Shown: positions 51,355 through 62,483, counted from the stretch's first letter. The stretch is DNA of 64,000 bases from an uncultured archaeon (GCA_964534625.1 CAZHRF010000004.1:32001-96000); one strand, 5' to 3'. The notes: generated by a model not told the origin, from the sequence alone. A program made the numbers and translations.

Positions 51355-54300
51355 TTATTGTTTGAAGAATCGCATTTTTTTCATTAAATCTGCTCCTTTA
51401 TTTAAAGCCATTATTTGTCTCACACCTAAGGCTATACCAAGAGCAGCTGAACTAACAATAGGCGCAAGTAAATTAATTAAGTTATCATTTTTATGTATCA
51501 TAATTTGCTCATATTCATATTCAATAGAGCAAGCTGCTCCTTTATGATTTTTATCCCCAGTAAATATTACAGCTATCTGTTTTACATCATGCATTTCTAA
51601 TTTGCTTAGATCAAGAAATACTTGTCCATCTTGGTCTGTAGATAAAAAGAATTCATATATTATTGAATTATTCTCACTTTTTAACATAATTGTGATTAGC
51701 TGATCGTCCAAAGACTCATTGTATGCATCAGTTAAAGAAATATATGCTTTAGTTTCAACTATTTCAATACTTAATGCTGTATCTAAAGGTTTTATTTCTA
51801 GAATGAAAACCAAATAAGCTGGATTATAGAATTGATTACCTGAAAAATTAGCTGAAATGGAATAATTGCCCCCTTCGAATTCTGCTAAATCAATATTTAT
51901 TGAGCCATTTATTGAGTAACTAACCTCGTCGATAATTAGATTAAAAGAAACATTGGCTAAGTAAAACGAGTTATTCGAATAAAGCATAATAGTGAGTTGT
52001 TGATCTTGTTTATATTTAGCACTTTCAAGGTTATGATAAAACCAAGTAGCATCTTTTTCAAAATTAAAGGCATATTCAAAAGATATTTCTTGGTATAAAT
52101 CTGTTGCTTCACCTTTGATAGATAGAATAGGCTCCATTAGAGTGATATTCCAAGAGAAAAATAGTTTTCCTTCTTGATCTGTTGTTAGATAATATTGATC
52201 ATCCCCAATAGTGAGCTCTATCGTATAATCTACTAAAGAGTTAGACATTGTATCTTTCAGAGTTATTTCTATTTCTAATATGTCTTTATAGTTAGTTCCA
52301 TTAAGATGTAAAAATTCTATAATTATGTCTCCTTTTACAATCGTTAGGTCATAGGTTTGTTTAATGCTATCTAAGTTTTTATTGTTGCTTGTTACTATTA
52401 AAGTTAAATTATATGTTTCAGGTTCATAATCCATAAGAAACGAGGAAGGTATGATAAAATAGCCAGAAGCATCTGTCTTGACTATTCCTATCAATTCGTC
52501 TTCTATATAAATTGTCACCTTACTATCAGTTAAATTCAATGTTAAGAAACTGAAAGTTCCGTTCAAAGGCACAATATTATTGTATTGTTGTTCAGTTATA
52601 TCTAAATGTAATGCTGGCGTTCCTAAGTCTCGTTCATACTCTGTTATTGTACTATAAGCCAATAGTAATTCTGTTTGATCAACAGTTATGGTAATTTCAT
52701 AATAGCCTGCTTCTAAATACTGATCTAAAGTTAATATGAACCTACTCATAGAAGTAGTAACAATATAACTTGTTTCATTGATCCTAATGTTTACTGCTAC
52801 TTCTGGTAAAAGCCCATCGAATGAATTAAATTGACCTTCTATGCTAAAATCTTCTCCGTAAGTCCTTCCATTTATATCTAAACTTTCAAATTCTAATGAA
52901 TAATACACACTAAGATTTATTTCATATGTGCTTTGTGAATGGCTTACATTTCCTTGATAAAAACAAGTTATGAGATAGTTTCCGCCTATTAGTTCCTCAG
53001 CTGTTAGGGTTAATGTTCCTATACCATTACTGTCCGTTGTGATTGTCTTATAATACACGCCATTTATCTTGATTAGCAGGTCTGTTTCTGTTAAATTATT
53101 TCCATTTATATCACTTAAATGAAGCTGAGTAACTATGTCTTCCCCATAGGTGTTATTGATTGATGAAACTTCACTTGTCAAACTAGTTATTATCTTATAG
53201 ATATCTACTGTCAATTGTTCAACTGAAGCAAGGAAATAAGTATTTCCCGCAAATATCACCTCTAGGGTATATATTCCTTCGGATAAAATTATATTCGTTG
53301 AAAAATACCCATTACTGTCTGTCAAAACAGTATCATAGAAAGTATCATTAGCATAAATGGAAATAGTTATATTTTCAAGTAAAACCTCACTCACTATTTG
53401 TCCATTGAGTAATGGTAAATTGCTTACGTAACTAAATTCTAAGAAAATGAATGTTTCAGCTTTTTTCACAGTAAATTGTCCTTCTAAACTGTTTTGTGAA
53501 TATTCATCATCACCCGCAAAATATATAGTATAATCATATTTCCCCGGTGTTAAGTATATATCTAAATTAAACTTCGCTATTCCAGATGCATTAGTAAGAG
53601 CGAAATATACTTGTTCGCCTACCATTAATTCAATTTGTTTATTGGCTATCGGATCATTGAAGGAAGTTAGAGTTGTATAAAAAATGGTGGGTTCTGTAAC
53701 GTACGTACCTTCGTTTATAGTTGTTTTTAGTTCTGTCGGAAATTTATCTTGCTCGCCAGACATAGTTATCGATGAATCTTCATAAATAGTAGTTTCTTCA
53801 AAAATAATAGTGAATATATAATAACCTGGGGCTAAATCATGTGTGAAAATTGCCATACCTGAAGCATTCGTTAAGGCGTCAAGAATCCATGTGTTGTTAA
53901 TATATAATTTTAATAGTTCATCAGCAATCGGAGATGATGAAGCATCCGTGAGTGTTGCAGCTATTTCAATCGTATCATTAATGAAGGTGAATGTTCCATT
54001 AATGGCCGTTTGGATCTTGTAAATAGTTATTGTTTTTGTATTTTGTATATATTTGTAAGTAGAAGTTTCTTCTACGTAAACTTTTATCTCATATGCACCA
54101 GGTAGAATATCATTTACATGAAACTCATAATAGCCATTACTAGCTGTTTGGGATGTTTCAATTTGTGTTCCATTAATTAATAAATAAATAGTAACATTTT
54201 CTACTGGCTGTAAATGTTGATCTTTTAAATATCCTGAAACGAGTATCTCCGATCCATAAACACCGTCATTTACAGTGAGAGTTAAGGTGAAGGTTTGTTT

Positions 54301-57300
54301 TTGTACTATCAGATTGATTTGTAAGGTTGCGTCTAGTATGGTTTCTGATCCTTCATAGACAATACTAAGCACATGTGTACCCACATCAAAATCATTACCT
54401 AAATTCGTGGTTAAATATCCACTTGAGTTAGTTGTTGAACTAATCAATAATATATCATTAGCATAAATATTGATTTCTCCATCAGCTACAACGCCAAGGG
54501 ATGAATAGACAAATATTTCAACATAAGCGTCATCACCATATACAACTATTACATCTTCAGCTTCAATTATTGAAGGCAATTTAAATACTTCAAACGAAGT
54601 TGCATTTTGTGAGACTTCATATAACTCATTTTCAACTAATTTAGCTTCAATAATATAGTTTCCAGGTAATAATTCTTCTTGAAATACTAAGAGATAGGAT
54701 CCATTTACGTCTGTTATAACTTGATCCCAAAATATTCCATTCAGATAGAGATCGACTAACATTTCACTAATTGTTTGATTATTCTCATCTGTTACTGATA
54801 TTTCTGCTGTTATACTTTCTGTATAGTTGTATTCTTGACTGTCAGTGCTAATAACAAGGGATGTATCGATCTTTGAAATAGTTATTGTTGCAGAAACTTC
54901 CACATAGTGATAATTAGCTGATTCAGGTACATACACGACACATTCATAGCTACCAGGTAATAACTCGATTATAAATTCATAATAACCAGTTTCATTAATT
55001 GTATACACATCTGTTTCGGTTCCATTAATTTGAAGATAAATAGCAATCCCGTCTATGGAATATGAAGAATCGCTGTGTAAATACCCAGAAATGATTGATG
55101 TCTCATTGTATACTGCGTCATTAGCTTCAATTGATAAAGATAGACTTGCTTTTGTAACAGTCACAGTTATTGATGCAGTAGAAGATAAGAAATAGTCTGA
55201 ACCTTCATAAACCAAGACTAACGTATACACACCTACTTCTAAATTCAAATTTATAATATCTATTATTGCATATCCACTAGTATTTGTTAAACAATTGACT
55301 AAAGCAATATCGTCCTCCGTTATTGTAATTTCAGCATTTTCAATTGGACCTAAAGCAGAATATAAGTATGAAATTAATTCATATGATTCACCATAAACTA
55401 CGGTGATGTCAGAAGCATCGATGAAAGAAGCGTGTTTTTTTACAGTAATAATTTGCTCTGTTTCTGATGAAAGATAATAATCATCTTCGAGAATTACTAG
55501 TCTAAAAGTATATACGCTAGGATCAAAGTCAAATACTATTGAATAATGATAGTATCCGTTTTCATCTGTTAATATCTGGTCATAAAGGCTGTCATTTACA
55601 TAAAGGTTAACAGAAATAGAAATATTAGCGTTGAATTCATCGTACGTGTAAATTTCTAAATCAATCGTATCTGTATAGTTATATTCAAACTCTGTTGAGA
55701 GAATTATATTTGTTGAGATTTTTGTTACCGTTATACTTGCTGAATTTTCTGCATAAAGATAATTTTCAGATTCCTCTACGTAAACTTTTATTTCATATGT
55801 TCCCGGTAAAAGATCATCTATGTGAAACTCGTAATACCCTTGTTCATCTGTTAAACAAGATTTAATCTCGTTATCGATTTCAAGATAAATTGTATAATTG
55901 TGCAATGATACAGATTCAGCTGTTTTAAGATAACCTGATATAGTATTAACTTCTGAATACGTACTGTTATCAGCTTGTATTGATAAAACAAGGCTTTCCT
56001 TTTTAACAGTTAAGGTAATTATCTCTGAAGAACCCAGATAGCCTTCTGTTTCTTCAAAAGAGATCGTTAACAAATATGTTCCAACATCATAAGTGCCATC
56101 AATAATGAAAACAGCCCAACCTGAAGAATTTGTAAAAATCGTCCCAATTAGTGCATCAGTCTCGTATATCTTAATTGTAGCCTCTGATATGCTACCAAAC
56201 GAAGAATAAAGATAGATTGGCAATTCACATGCTTGACCATATAGAACAGTTAAATCATTAACATCTAGTTGAGATGTGGTCTTGGTTATACTAAATTCTA
56301 GCGATTGTTCTGATGGGAAATAAATTGAAGTATCTTCGATAACAGCTGTTAAGATATAATAATTGGGAAATAAATCATCAGAAATAGAATACAAATAGTA
56401 TCCGTTTGTATCTGTGGTTATTTGATCCAACTCTGTACCATTTATATATATTGTTACCAGAACTGAGATGGTTTGATTATTCTCGTCATATGTATAGATT
56501 TCGAACATAATATTTTCTGTATAGTTGTATTCTTGTTTATTAGAAGCAAGATTAATGGAAGTATAATAACCAATTTGTAAATTTCTCTCTTTGACATCAC
56601 CAATCCAGTTATCATCGTCTATAATTTTTGCTCTCCATTGATATTCGCCACGTTCTAAAGAACAAACTATCTTCAAAACAGCATAACCCGTTTCATTTGT
56701 TTGCTTGTTGGATAAATGCTGCCATGTCTCACCATTATGCCAATAAAATTGTACAGTTATTCCTGTAGGATAGGTACCCAATGATGAATTAACCCTAACA
56801 GTGAGAGTAAGGAGCTCGTCAGTCACTCCTTGTGCATCATCCATTTCTATTGAAACATCAATAGGTGAAGAATAAATATAGGTATGATCTTCTATATACT
56901 CATAATTTGTGTTATTGAACGAATAATTAATCGTTAATGTTGTTCCTTTATAAACTAGATATGTTAAATTGAATATTCCTTCTGAATCAGTTAAGAGTTC
57001 AAATATTTCTCCATCAATTTCAATAGTCACTATTTCATTTTCTAGGGGAGTTGAAGCGTCCGAATAAAGTTTTCCCGTAATAAAGATTGTTTCTTGATTA
57101 GTTGTATTATAATCTTGCAAGTCTTTGAAAATCGCACTTCCTTGAATACATGTAAAAGTAGTAAAATGACAGTCAGATTGACTATAAAGGGTCGTACCAT
57201 CTTCCTCATAAGGACGAGAGAATATAGTCACTTTAATTTGATCATCAATTTCAAGATCAAAATTAAGAGTAAAGGTTACATAGCCCGAAGAATTAGTTAC

Positions 57301-59469
57301 TTTAATATATGAGTGTTCAACGATTTGTAAATTATTTACATAACTGAGCTGAAGCATCACTTCAATTCCGCTTAATGAATTCATGTACTTATCTGTAACA
57401 AGTATTGTTACAACTATAGTATCATTATAGAGATAGTTTTCAGCTGAGTCAAGTTGTGGGTCTAAATGAATATATGCCTCACCAGGGTTTACAATGAGTG
57501 TAACATCTTGTTCAAAATATTCATAATTATCATCAAACACTTTGAATCGCAAGGTATACTCATCAGACATTAACAGATTTTCACTAAACGAAACAGTAAA
57601 AACGCCATTAGAATTAGTATAATAGCTACCTAAATTCATATGGACATCATTAGAATCAATCAATTCAAGTTCATATTCTACTCCTCCTATGGAATCATTT
57701 TGATAATCACCAAAATGCCCAGAAAAATTAAAGGCTGTGTTGAAAGCGAAATGATATGTATCCGATTCACTTGAAAATATAATTGTACTAGGTTTTATCT
57801 TAATATCGCCATAAGTATTTATTTTGTAGTCATATAAGTCGTCATTGAGATCTATATGCAGCCAATAAGCATTGATATAAGTTCCAGCATCCCAGTTAAC
57901 ATACTGATTATTAATTTCTGCATATCCTGAACCATTAGTAAAAGTGTATATGCCCATTTTCCCTTCTATATAGAAGTATACCATGAGATTAACAAAAGGC
58001 TCCCCATCATTATCTGTTACTTGTGTTATTAAAGGGATCCTCGTTTCTGTACTTGAACTTGTTTTTGAACCATAGGTAGCATTAGCAATAGGAGCCCATA
58101 CAATCACTTTTTCTTTTGTTCTATTAGTTGATGAATAATCTACTAACATCTTATGTACTGCTTTAAAATAAATCACCCCTATATCTTCAATAGCATAATT
58201 GATAGAAGCAATACCAAAGGCATCAGTTGTAGCAATACCTAATGAATACCACGCTGATTGGTCTTCTGAGTAAGCAAAAGAAACATTATACCCACTTAAA
58301 GGAGCATTATCAATATTTTCTAACTTGGCAGAAAGAGTAATCTGATCTGAATATTCAGCTTTAGCAGGACTAGTTAAAGTAAGATAATATGCTTCTAACG
58401 AATCAGTGACTAGTGCATCAACAAAATCGCTTGACATATCTAATAAATATTCTTCGTCATAATATAATCCTAAAAATCTGTGATCTGCAAATATACTATT
58501 TGAAGAGTCATACATAAATGATGTGGCACCATCACTTGTTTCAGACATATAAATTGGTTCAGCATTATTTGATGTATAAATTGTGCATTGGAGATCAATT
58601 CCTAATTGTTCTGTCCAACCAATAGAAGAATCATAACTATAAACAGTATTTTCATCAACGCCATTTGTATCATTACTTGTTTGTAACACAAGCCCCGAAG
58701 AAGAATGAATCACAATATAATAAGACGTTTCAGCAGAGAGAGTATTGTCAAAACTATCAGATCCTGGAAAATTATATGTTGCAAAAACAAGAGGTGAATC
58801 ACTAGTATCTTTTTGAGTTGAAATATAATGTTGTGTGATCATCCCCTTATATTGATAATTCGATAGATAATTCTCTAAATCTGTTGTCAAATATACATTA
58901 ACATAATCTTCAGATATTGTAGAAGCTATCGTACTATAGTTAAGGCTCAAAGCTGCAAAAGTACTATCAAAGGGAAATGAAAATTTTACTGCAATAATCT
59001 CGCTTGATATAGTAGAAGAAACAGGATCAGAATCAGTTGTTAAGGTGTAAAGATCGTACCAATAAACTGATCCTTGAGAGACAGGCTGTAAACCTATTAT
59101 TTCCCATTCTGTATAAGAACTTAATTCTATAGTTTCTCCTTTAGTGATAATCTCTTGGTCAGCTGTGACTGAAGTATATGACTTGTATGTTCCTAATGAA
59201 TGCTTAGGTTGCATAACACGCAAGTCATCTTGTTCTTCTATTTCTTGCTTTTCTTTACTATTATCACTATTTGTATCATGAGGGGGGGAAAAGTTAAGTC
59301 CCCCTGTTTTGGGTGAAATATTCTCATCATGATTGGTCGTGCTTAGTTTTGCAAAAAAGTTGTTCAAAATATTTTCACTAAAAGTGCTACTGGTAGCGGG
59401 AATCAGCAAAAGGATCACAATTAGCGTCAAAGCTTTTTTAAAAATAATTTTTAATTTGTTTTTTTTCAT
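51355..59469 (-). CDS. Giant Ig-like repeat surface protein (2704 aa)
   Basis: Signal peptide; more than 20 ~95-aa beta units with T(D/N)xxG and YxxS motifs; C-terminal TM + basic tail. Confidence 0.88.
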   Translation of the reverse strand: MKKNKLKIIFKKALTLIVILLLIPATSSTFSENILNNFFAKLSTTNHDENISPKTGGLNFSPPHDTNSDNSKEKQEIEEQDDLRVMQPKHSLGTYKSYTSVTADQEIITKGETIELSSYTEWEIIGLQPVSQGSVYWYDLYTLTTDSDPVSSTISSEIIAVKFSFPFDSTFAALSLNYSTIASTISEDYVNVYLTTDLENYLSNYQYKGMITQHYISTQKDTSDSPLVFATYNFPGSDSFDNTLSAETSYYIVIHSSSGLVLQTSNDTNGVDENTVYSYDSSIGWTEQLGIDLQCTIYTSNNAEPIYMSETSDGATSFMYDSSNSIFADHRFLGLYYDEEYLLDMSSDFVDALVTDSLEAYYLTLTSPAKAEYSDQITLSAKLENIDNAPLSGYNVSFAYSEDQSAWYSLGIATTDAFGIASINYAIEDIGVIYFKAVHKMLVDYSSTNRTKEKVIVWAPIANATYGSKTSSSTETRIPLITQVTDNDGEPFVNLMVYFYIEGKMGIYTFTNGSGYAEINNQYVNWDAGTYINAYWLHIDLNDDLYDYKINTYGDIKIKPSTIIFSSESDTYHFAFNTAFNFSGHFGDYQNDSIGGVEYELELIDSNDVHMNLGSYYTNSNGVFTVSFSENLLMSDEYTLRFKVFDDNYEYFEQDVTLIVNPGEAYIHLDPQLDSAENYLYNDTIVVTILVTDKYMNSLSGIEVMLQLSYVNNLQIVEHSYIKVTNSSGYVTFTLNFDLEIDDQIKVTIFSRPYEEDGTTLYSQSDCHFTTFTCIQGSAIFKDLQDYNTTNQETIFITGKLYSDASTPLENEIVTIEIDGEIFELLTDSEGIFNLTYLVYKGTTLTINYSFNNTNYEYIEDHTYIYSSPIDVSIEMDDAQGVTDELLTLTVRVNSSLGTYPTGITVQFYWHNGETWQHLSNKQTNETGYAVLKIVCSLERGEYQWRAKIIDDDNWIGDVKERNLQIGYYTSINLASNKQEYNYTENIMFEIYTYDENNQTISVLVTIYINGTELDQITTDTNGYYLYSISDDLFPNYYILTAVIEDTSIYFPSEQSLEFSITKTTSQLDVNDLTVLYGQACELPIYLYSSFGSISEATIKIYETDALIGTIFTNSSGWAVFIIDGTYDVGTYLLTISFEETEGYLGSSEIITLTVKKESLVLSIQADNSTYSEVNTISGYLKTAESVSLHNYTIYLEIDNEIKSCLTDEQGYYEFHIDDLLPGTYEIKVYVEESENYLYAENSASITVTKISTNIILSTEFEYNYTDTIDLEIYTYDEFNANISISVNLYVNDSLYDQILTDENGYYHYSIVFDFDPSVYTFRLVILEDDYYLSSETEQIITVKKHASFIDASDITVVYGESYELISYLYSALGPIENAEITITEDDIALVNCLTNTSGYAIIDIINLNLEVGVYTLVLVYEGSDYFLSSTASITVTVTKASLSLSIEANDAVYNETSIISGYLHSDSSYSIDGIAIYLQINGTETDVYTINETGYYEFIIELLPGSYECVVYVPESANYHYVEVSATITISKIDTSLVISTDSQEYNYTESITAEISVTDENNQTISEMLVDLYLNGIFWDQVITDVNGSYLLVFQEELLPGNYIIEAKLVENELYEVSQNATSFEVFKLPSIIEAEDVIVVYGDDAYVEIFVYSSLGVVADGEINIYANDILLISSTTNSSGYLTTNLGNDFDVGTHVLSIVYEGSETILDATLQINLIVQKQTFTLTLTVNDGVYGSEILVSGYLKDQHLQPVENVTIYLLINGTQIETSQTASNGYYEFHVNDILPGAYEIKVYVEETSTYKYIQNTKTITIYKIQTAINGTFTFINDTIEIAATLTDASSSPIADELLKLYINNTWILDALTNASGMAIFTHDLAPGYYIFTIIFEETTIYEDSSITMSGEQDKFPTELKTTINEGTYVTEPTIFYTTLTSFNDPIANKQIELMVGEQVYFALTNASGIAKFNLDIYLTPGKYDYTIYFAGDDEYSQNSLEGQFTVKKAETFIFLEFSYVSNLPLLNGQIVSEVLLENITISIYANDTFYDTVLTDSNGYFSTNIILSEGIYTLEVIFAGNTYFLASVEQLTVDIYKIITSLTSEVSSINNTYGEDIVTQLHLSDINGNNLTETDLLIKINGVYYKTITTDSNGIGTLTLTAEELIGGNYLITCFYQGNVSHSQSTYEINLSVYYSLEFESLDINGRTYGEDFSIEGQFNSFDGLLPEVAVNIRINETSYIVTTSMSRFILTLDQYLEAGYYEITITVDQTELLLAYSTITEYERDLGTPALHLDITEQQYNNIVPLNGTFSFLTLNLTDSKVTIYIEDELIGIVKTDASGYFIIPSSFLMDYEPETYNLTLIVTSNNKNLDSIKQTYDLTIVKGDIIIEFLHLNGTNYKDILEIEITLKDTMSNSLVDYTIELTIGDDQYYLTTDQEGKLFFSWNITLMEPILSIKGEATDLYQEISFEYAFNFEKDATWFYHNLESAKYKQDQQLTIMLYSNNSFYLANVSFNLIIDEVSYSINGSINIDLAEFEGGNYSISANFSGNQFYNPAYLVFILEIKPLDTALSIEIVETKAYISLTDAYNESLDDQLITIMLKSENNSIIYEFFLSTDQDGQVFLDLSKLEMHDVKQIAVIFTGDKNHKGAACSIEYEYEQIMIHKNDNLINLLAPIVSSAALGIALGVRQIMALNKGADLMKKMRFFKQ

Positions 59470-60227
59470 TATATATCAACTCCTGGTGAATCATTATCTG
59501 TTCTCGACTGACCTTCACGGTCAGCATTAAAATTGTGAAAGACTGAATGTGTTTCAGCTGCGAAATAATTTTGGCTTGCTAACCATATGATAAACATTAA
59601 ATAAAGAGCGAAATTTATTAGCGGGATTAAATAGCCCCAGACCGATATACCTACAATTAAAAAGAATACTCCAAAGAAAAGCAAAATGGAAAATTCACCA
59701 TGGTGGGCTGTAATAGTAGCGAATGGAAGTGTTTGATCACCATAATCAGGTAAACCAAAGAATATTAATGCTATAAGCAAATAAATGTTAACCCAAATAC
59801 CATTATTAATGCCTATCAAATAATAGAAGTAAAGAATTTGGTTGTTATTTGTAATAAGTAAAACAACTAATAGAAAATTTAGTAAGGGAGCATACCCAAT
59901 TAAAAACGCATGCCAGACATTTTTTAATTCTCCTCGAAGTCTTTGAGCTGAATAGTCGCCTTTAACTAAGTTCATACTATATACAACGCTTACATCATAG
60001 CCTAAAATTCTAATAGCTAAGGAATGAAATAATTGATGGAAAAAAGAGCCAGGTAAAAAGAACACATTAAGGTACTTGACTAAATCCCCAAAAAGCCAAT
60101 CTCTAAGCATGTCAAACAATAATTTTAAACCAAATATGCACACAATAACGAGAAAACTAAACCCAGTCGTAAAAGTGAATATACCTACAATAAACTCGTA
60201 AAGATTTTTTACATTTTCCGTGAACAC
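59469..60227 (-). CDS. M50/S2P-like (DUF3267-type) membrane metalloprotease homolog with HExxH changed to HQLFH
   Basis: FLPGSFFHQLFHSLAIRILG, IGYAP and GLPDYGD motifs; multiple TMs. Confidence 0.7.
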   Translation of the reverse strand: MFTENVKNLYEFIVGIFTFTTGFSFLVIVCIFGLKLLFDMLRDWLFGDLVKYLNVFFLPGSFFHQLFHSLAIRILGYDVSVVYSMNLVKGDYSAQRLRGELKNVWHAFLIGYAPLLNFLLVVLLITNNNQILYFYYLIGINNGIWVNIYLLIALIFFGLPDYGDQTLPFATITAHHGEFSILLFFGVFFLIVGISVWGYLIPLINFALYLMFIIWLASQNYFAAETHSVFHNFNADREGQSRTDNDSPGVDI

Positions 60228-60228
60228 T

Positions 60229-61917
60229 TTAGCCCCCCCTATTTTCCTGTAAGTGATAAATGGTTAGCAACAGATTTTTCTCTATGGCTTCTTTTCTTAT
60301 CCTATGCCTGAAATTGTATATTGAACGCTTTATTTTCTTATATTCATAATCACTATTAGACTTGAGATATTGCCAGAATTTTTTCATTTTCTTTCCTCGC
60401 TTGAAATAATAACGTAATAAAGAAAATACCATTATTGTCGCTGCTTTCTTATTCTGTGTTCGAGAGAGTAACTGGCAATCAGCTAAGCTGAATGCTTTTT
60501 CTTCTATTTTTTCCAAGCGTTTCTGATACTCAGGAAAAACTGCTTGCAGTTGTGTGACTATTTCTGTAATTTCTTCTTTGAGTGATTTGACATTATTTTC
60601 TCTTCTTTTTCTTTGGATAACACTGTTGACAAGGAGCGCTTCTTGAACTTTCAATAAACTAGTTCGATTCCAATGGGGATGCTGTTTATTGATTTTATTG
60701 CTAATCCTTATAATATCCTGATCGGTTATTTCTAATCCAACAAGGCTGAATTGATAGTCTAAGATGGCCATGAATTTATATATAGCTTTAGAAGCGCGAA
60801 TGAACGCAATATGGGAATTATCTTTAGCTAAGAATGATTCAAGATTGTTTTGAAAAATATCTACAGCTTTGTTCAATGTTTCAGGACGAATGCCTTTAAT
60901 TTCTTTGGTATAATATTGTACAATACAAGCAACATCTTCAAGTATATCGCCTATTATATCTGTGCCTGGACATTTTTCATCCTTCGTTTTAGCTATTACA
61001 AAGTTAGCTTTAGATGTAAGTTGTGTTCTTTTTTGTTGGTTGTAAGTTAGCTCAAGATCAATACCTTTTTCCTTTAAAAGAGATCTAAACTTATACATTC
61101 CTTTCTTGAATGCATCAAAATCAAAATCAAATTTATCTGAATTTTCAATAAATTCAAAGACTGTTTGACGACAATTAAAGTCGGGAATAAACTCTTGAAA
61201 ATGAGCAGCTATAAGTGTGGCTGCTGATCTATCAACGTTGACATTTGGATAAACTTTTGATTCTATTAGAGCATTAACATTATTCTCTATCGCTCGTAAA
61301 GAGTTTCTCAATTGTTCAAAGTGGTGTATAAGTTCATTTATGGCATAATTAACTTTTGAGCGTAAAAGATGCGAGAAAACAAATTTAGTAGGGTTGCGTT
61401 TGAGAAGTCCCCATTTATATAATTGTATTTGGGCCTTTTTCATATTAAATATAGTGCAAACATTTTTTGTGAGCCCAGGTAATTCTAAGAGCGTATCAAA
61501 ATGTGATGGGCTAATCTTTGCATATACAGTATTTAGCCTGTGATTCAATAGCCCCATATAAAATAGAACTATCGTATTTTTGGTTATATAAACCTCTTCC
61601 CCTAAATTCTTAATAATTTGATCAATCAATTGTTCGAACAAGAATAATGAATCATCAAGCATACTACTTGGGAATTGATCATAAAATAAATGCTTTACAT
61701 TCTTTTTTATATAGTCCACAGCGTTAATTTTTCTTTCTTCCGCTGCGTCTCTAAAATATGAGCTGATTAATGAGGACGTTCTGACACCCTTTGAAAGGAT
61801 CTTATATGCATCTAGCTTCTTTATGTAGCCTCCTAATTCTAGATCTTGGATGTCAGATCCATCGTATTCTGATGTACCATACTCTATTGTTCTTTTTACT
61901 TGTGTTACCAACGCCAT
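60229..61917 (-). CDS. Internally duplicated helical protein resembling two TFB/cyclin-fold cores
   Basis: Two ~260-aa halves align (KAQIQLYKWGLLKR / KVQEALLVNSVIQR; FKKGMYKFRSLLKEKGID / IKRSIYNFRHRIRKEAIE); aggagg SD. Confidence 0.55.
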   Translation of the reverse strand: MALVTQVKRTIEYGTSEYDGSDIQDLELGGYIKKLDAYKILSKGVRTSSLISSYFRDAAEERKINAVDYIKKNVKHLFYDQFPSSMLDDSLFLFEQLIDQIIKNLGEEVYITKNTIVLFYMGLLNHRLNTVYAKISPSHFDTLLELPGLTKNVCTIFNMKKAQIQLYKWGLLKRNPTKFVFSHLLRSKVNYAINELIHHFEQLRNSLRAIENNVNALIESKVYPNVNVDRSAATLIAAHFQEFIPDFNCRQTVFEFIENSDKFDFDFDAFKKGMYKFRSLLKEKGIDLELTYNQQKRTQLTSKANFVIAKTKDEKCPGTDIIGDILEDVACIVQYYTKEIKGIRPETLNKAVDIFQNNLESFLAKDNSHIAFIRASKAIYKFMAILDYQFSLVGLEITDQDIIRISNKINKQHPHWNRTSLLKVQEALLVNSVIQRKRRENNVKSLKEEITEIVTQLQAVFPEYQKRLEKIEEKAFSLADCQLLSRTQNKKAATIMVFSLLRYYFKRGKKMKKFWQYLKSNSDYEYKKIKRSIYNFRHRIRKEAIEKNLLLTIYHLQENRGG

Positions 61918-62483
61918 GGATGTAGCCTCCTTGTCTTTTTTTGATGTAGCCAGTCTGTAAAAGACAATGGATTTTGTCTGTTAATATACTCTAATAGAAA
62001 TTCCTACTTTTATTTGGCGCTTAGTAATTACAATCTCACTACAATTCTCCTTAAATTTGCTCAATTTGAACTTGGTACCATTCAATACCCGTTTTGTGTC
62101 TTTTCCTTAACTATTTCCTTAACAAATAAACTTATAAAGAGAATACTTGCTTTTTTGCTTCCGTGATGAAAAAAGCAATAGTAACAGGATCTGGCGTTAA
62201 AGTCTTTTTGAGTAGACAATAAAGGTTTGTTTCAGGCTTTGAAACACTTGTTATTGGAGAAATTTCTGCTTGATCAAATAAAAAGTATAGAATTCACAGA
62301 TAAAACTGGTTAGAACTAATCTATTGTTTCACTTATTTTAAATAAAATTTAAGAAGTAAAGCTTACTTAACAATAGATCAAAAAGGAAAAAGTTATACGA
62401 AAGATAATATCAAAAAAAAAGAAATACACCTTATTTGGGTGTTAAGTTTTTGTTTTTATTATTTATTATCGACACTTTAGGTT

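Noticed and set aside
62166-62275. MKKAIVTGSG stub resembling an SDR/epimerase start
   Set aside because: Stops after 18 codons with no further recognisable similarity.
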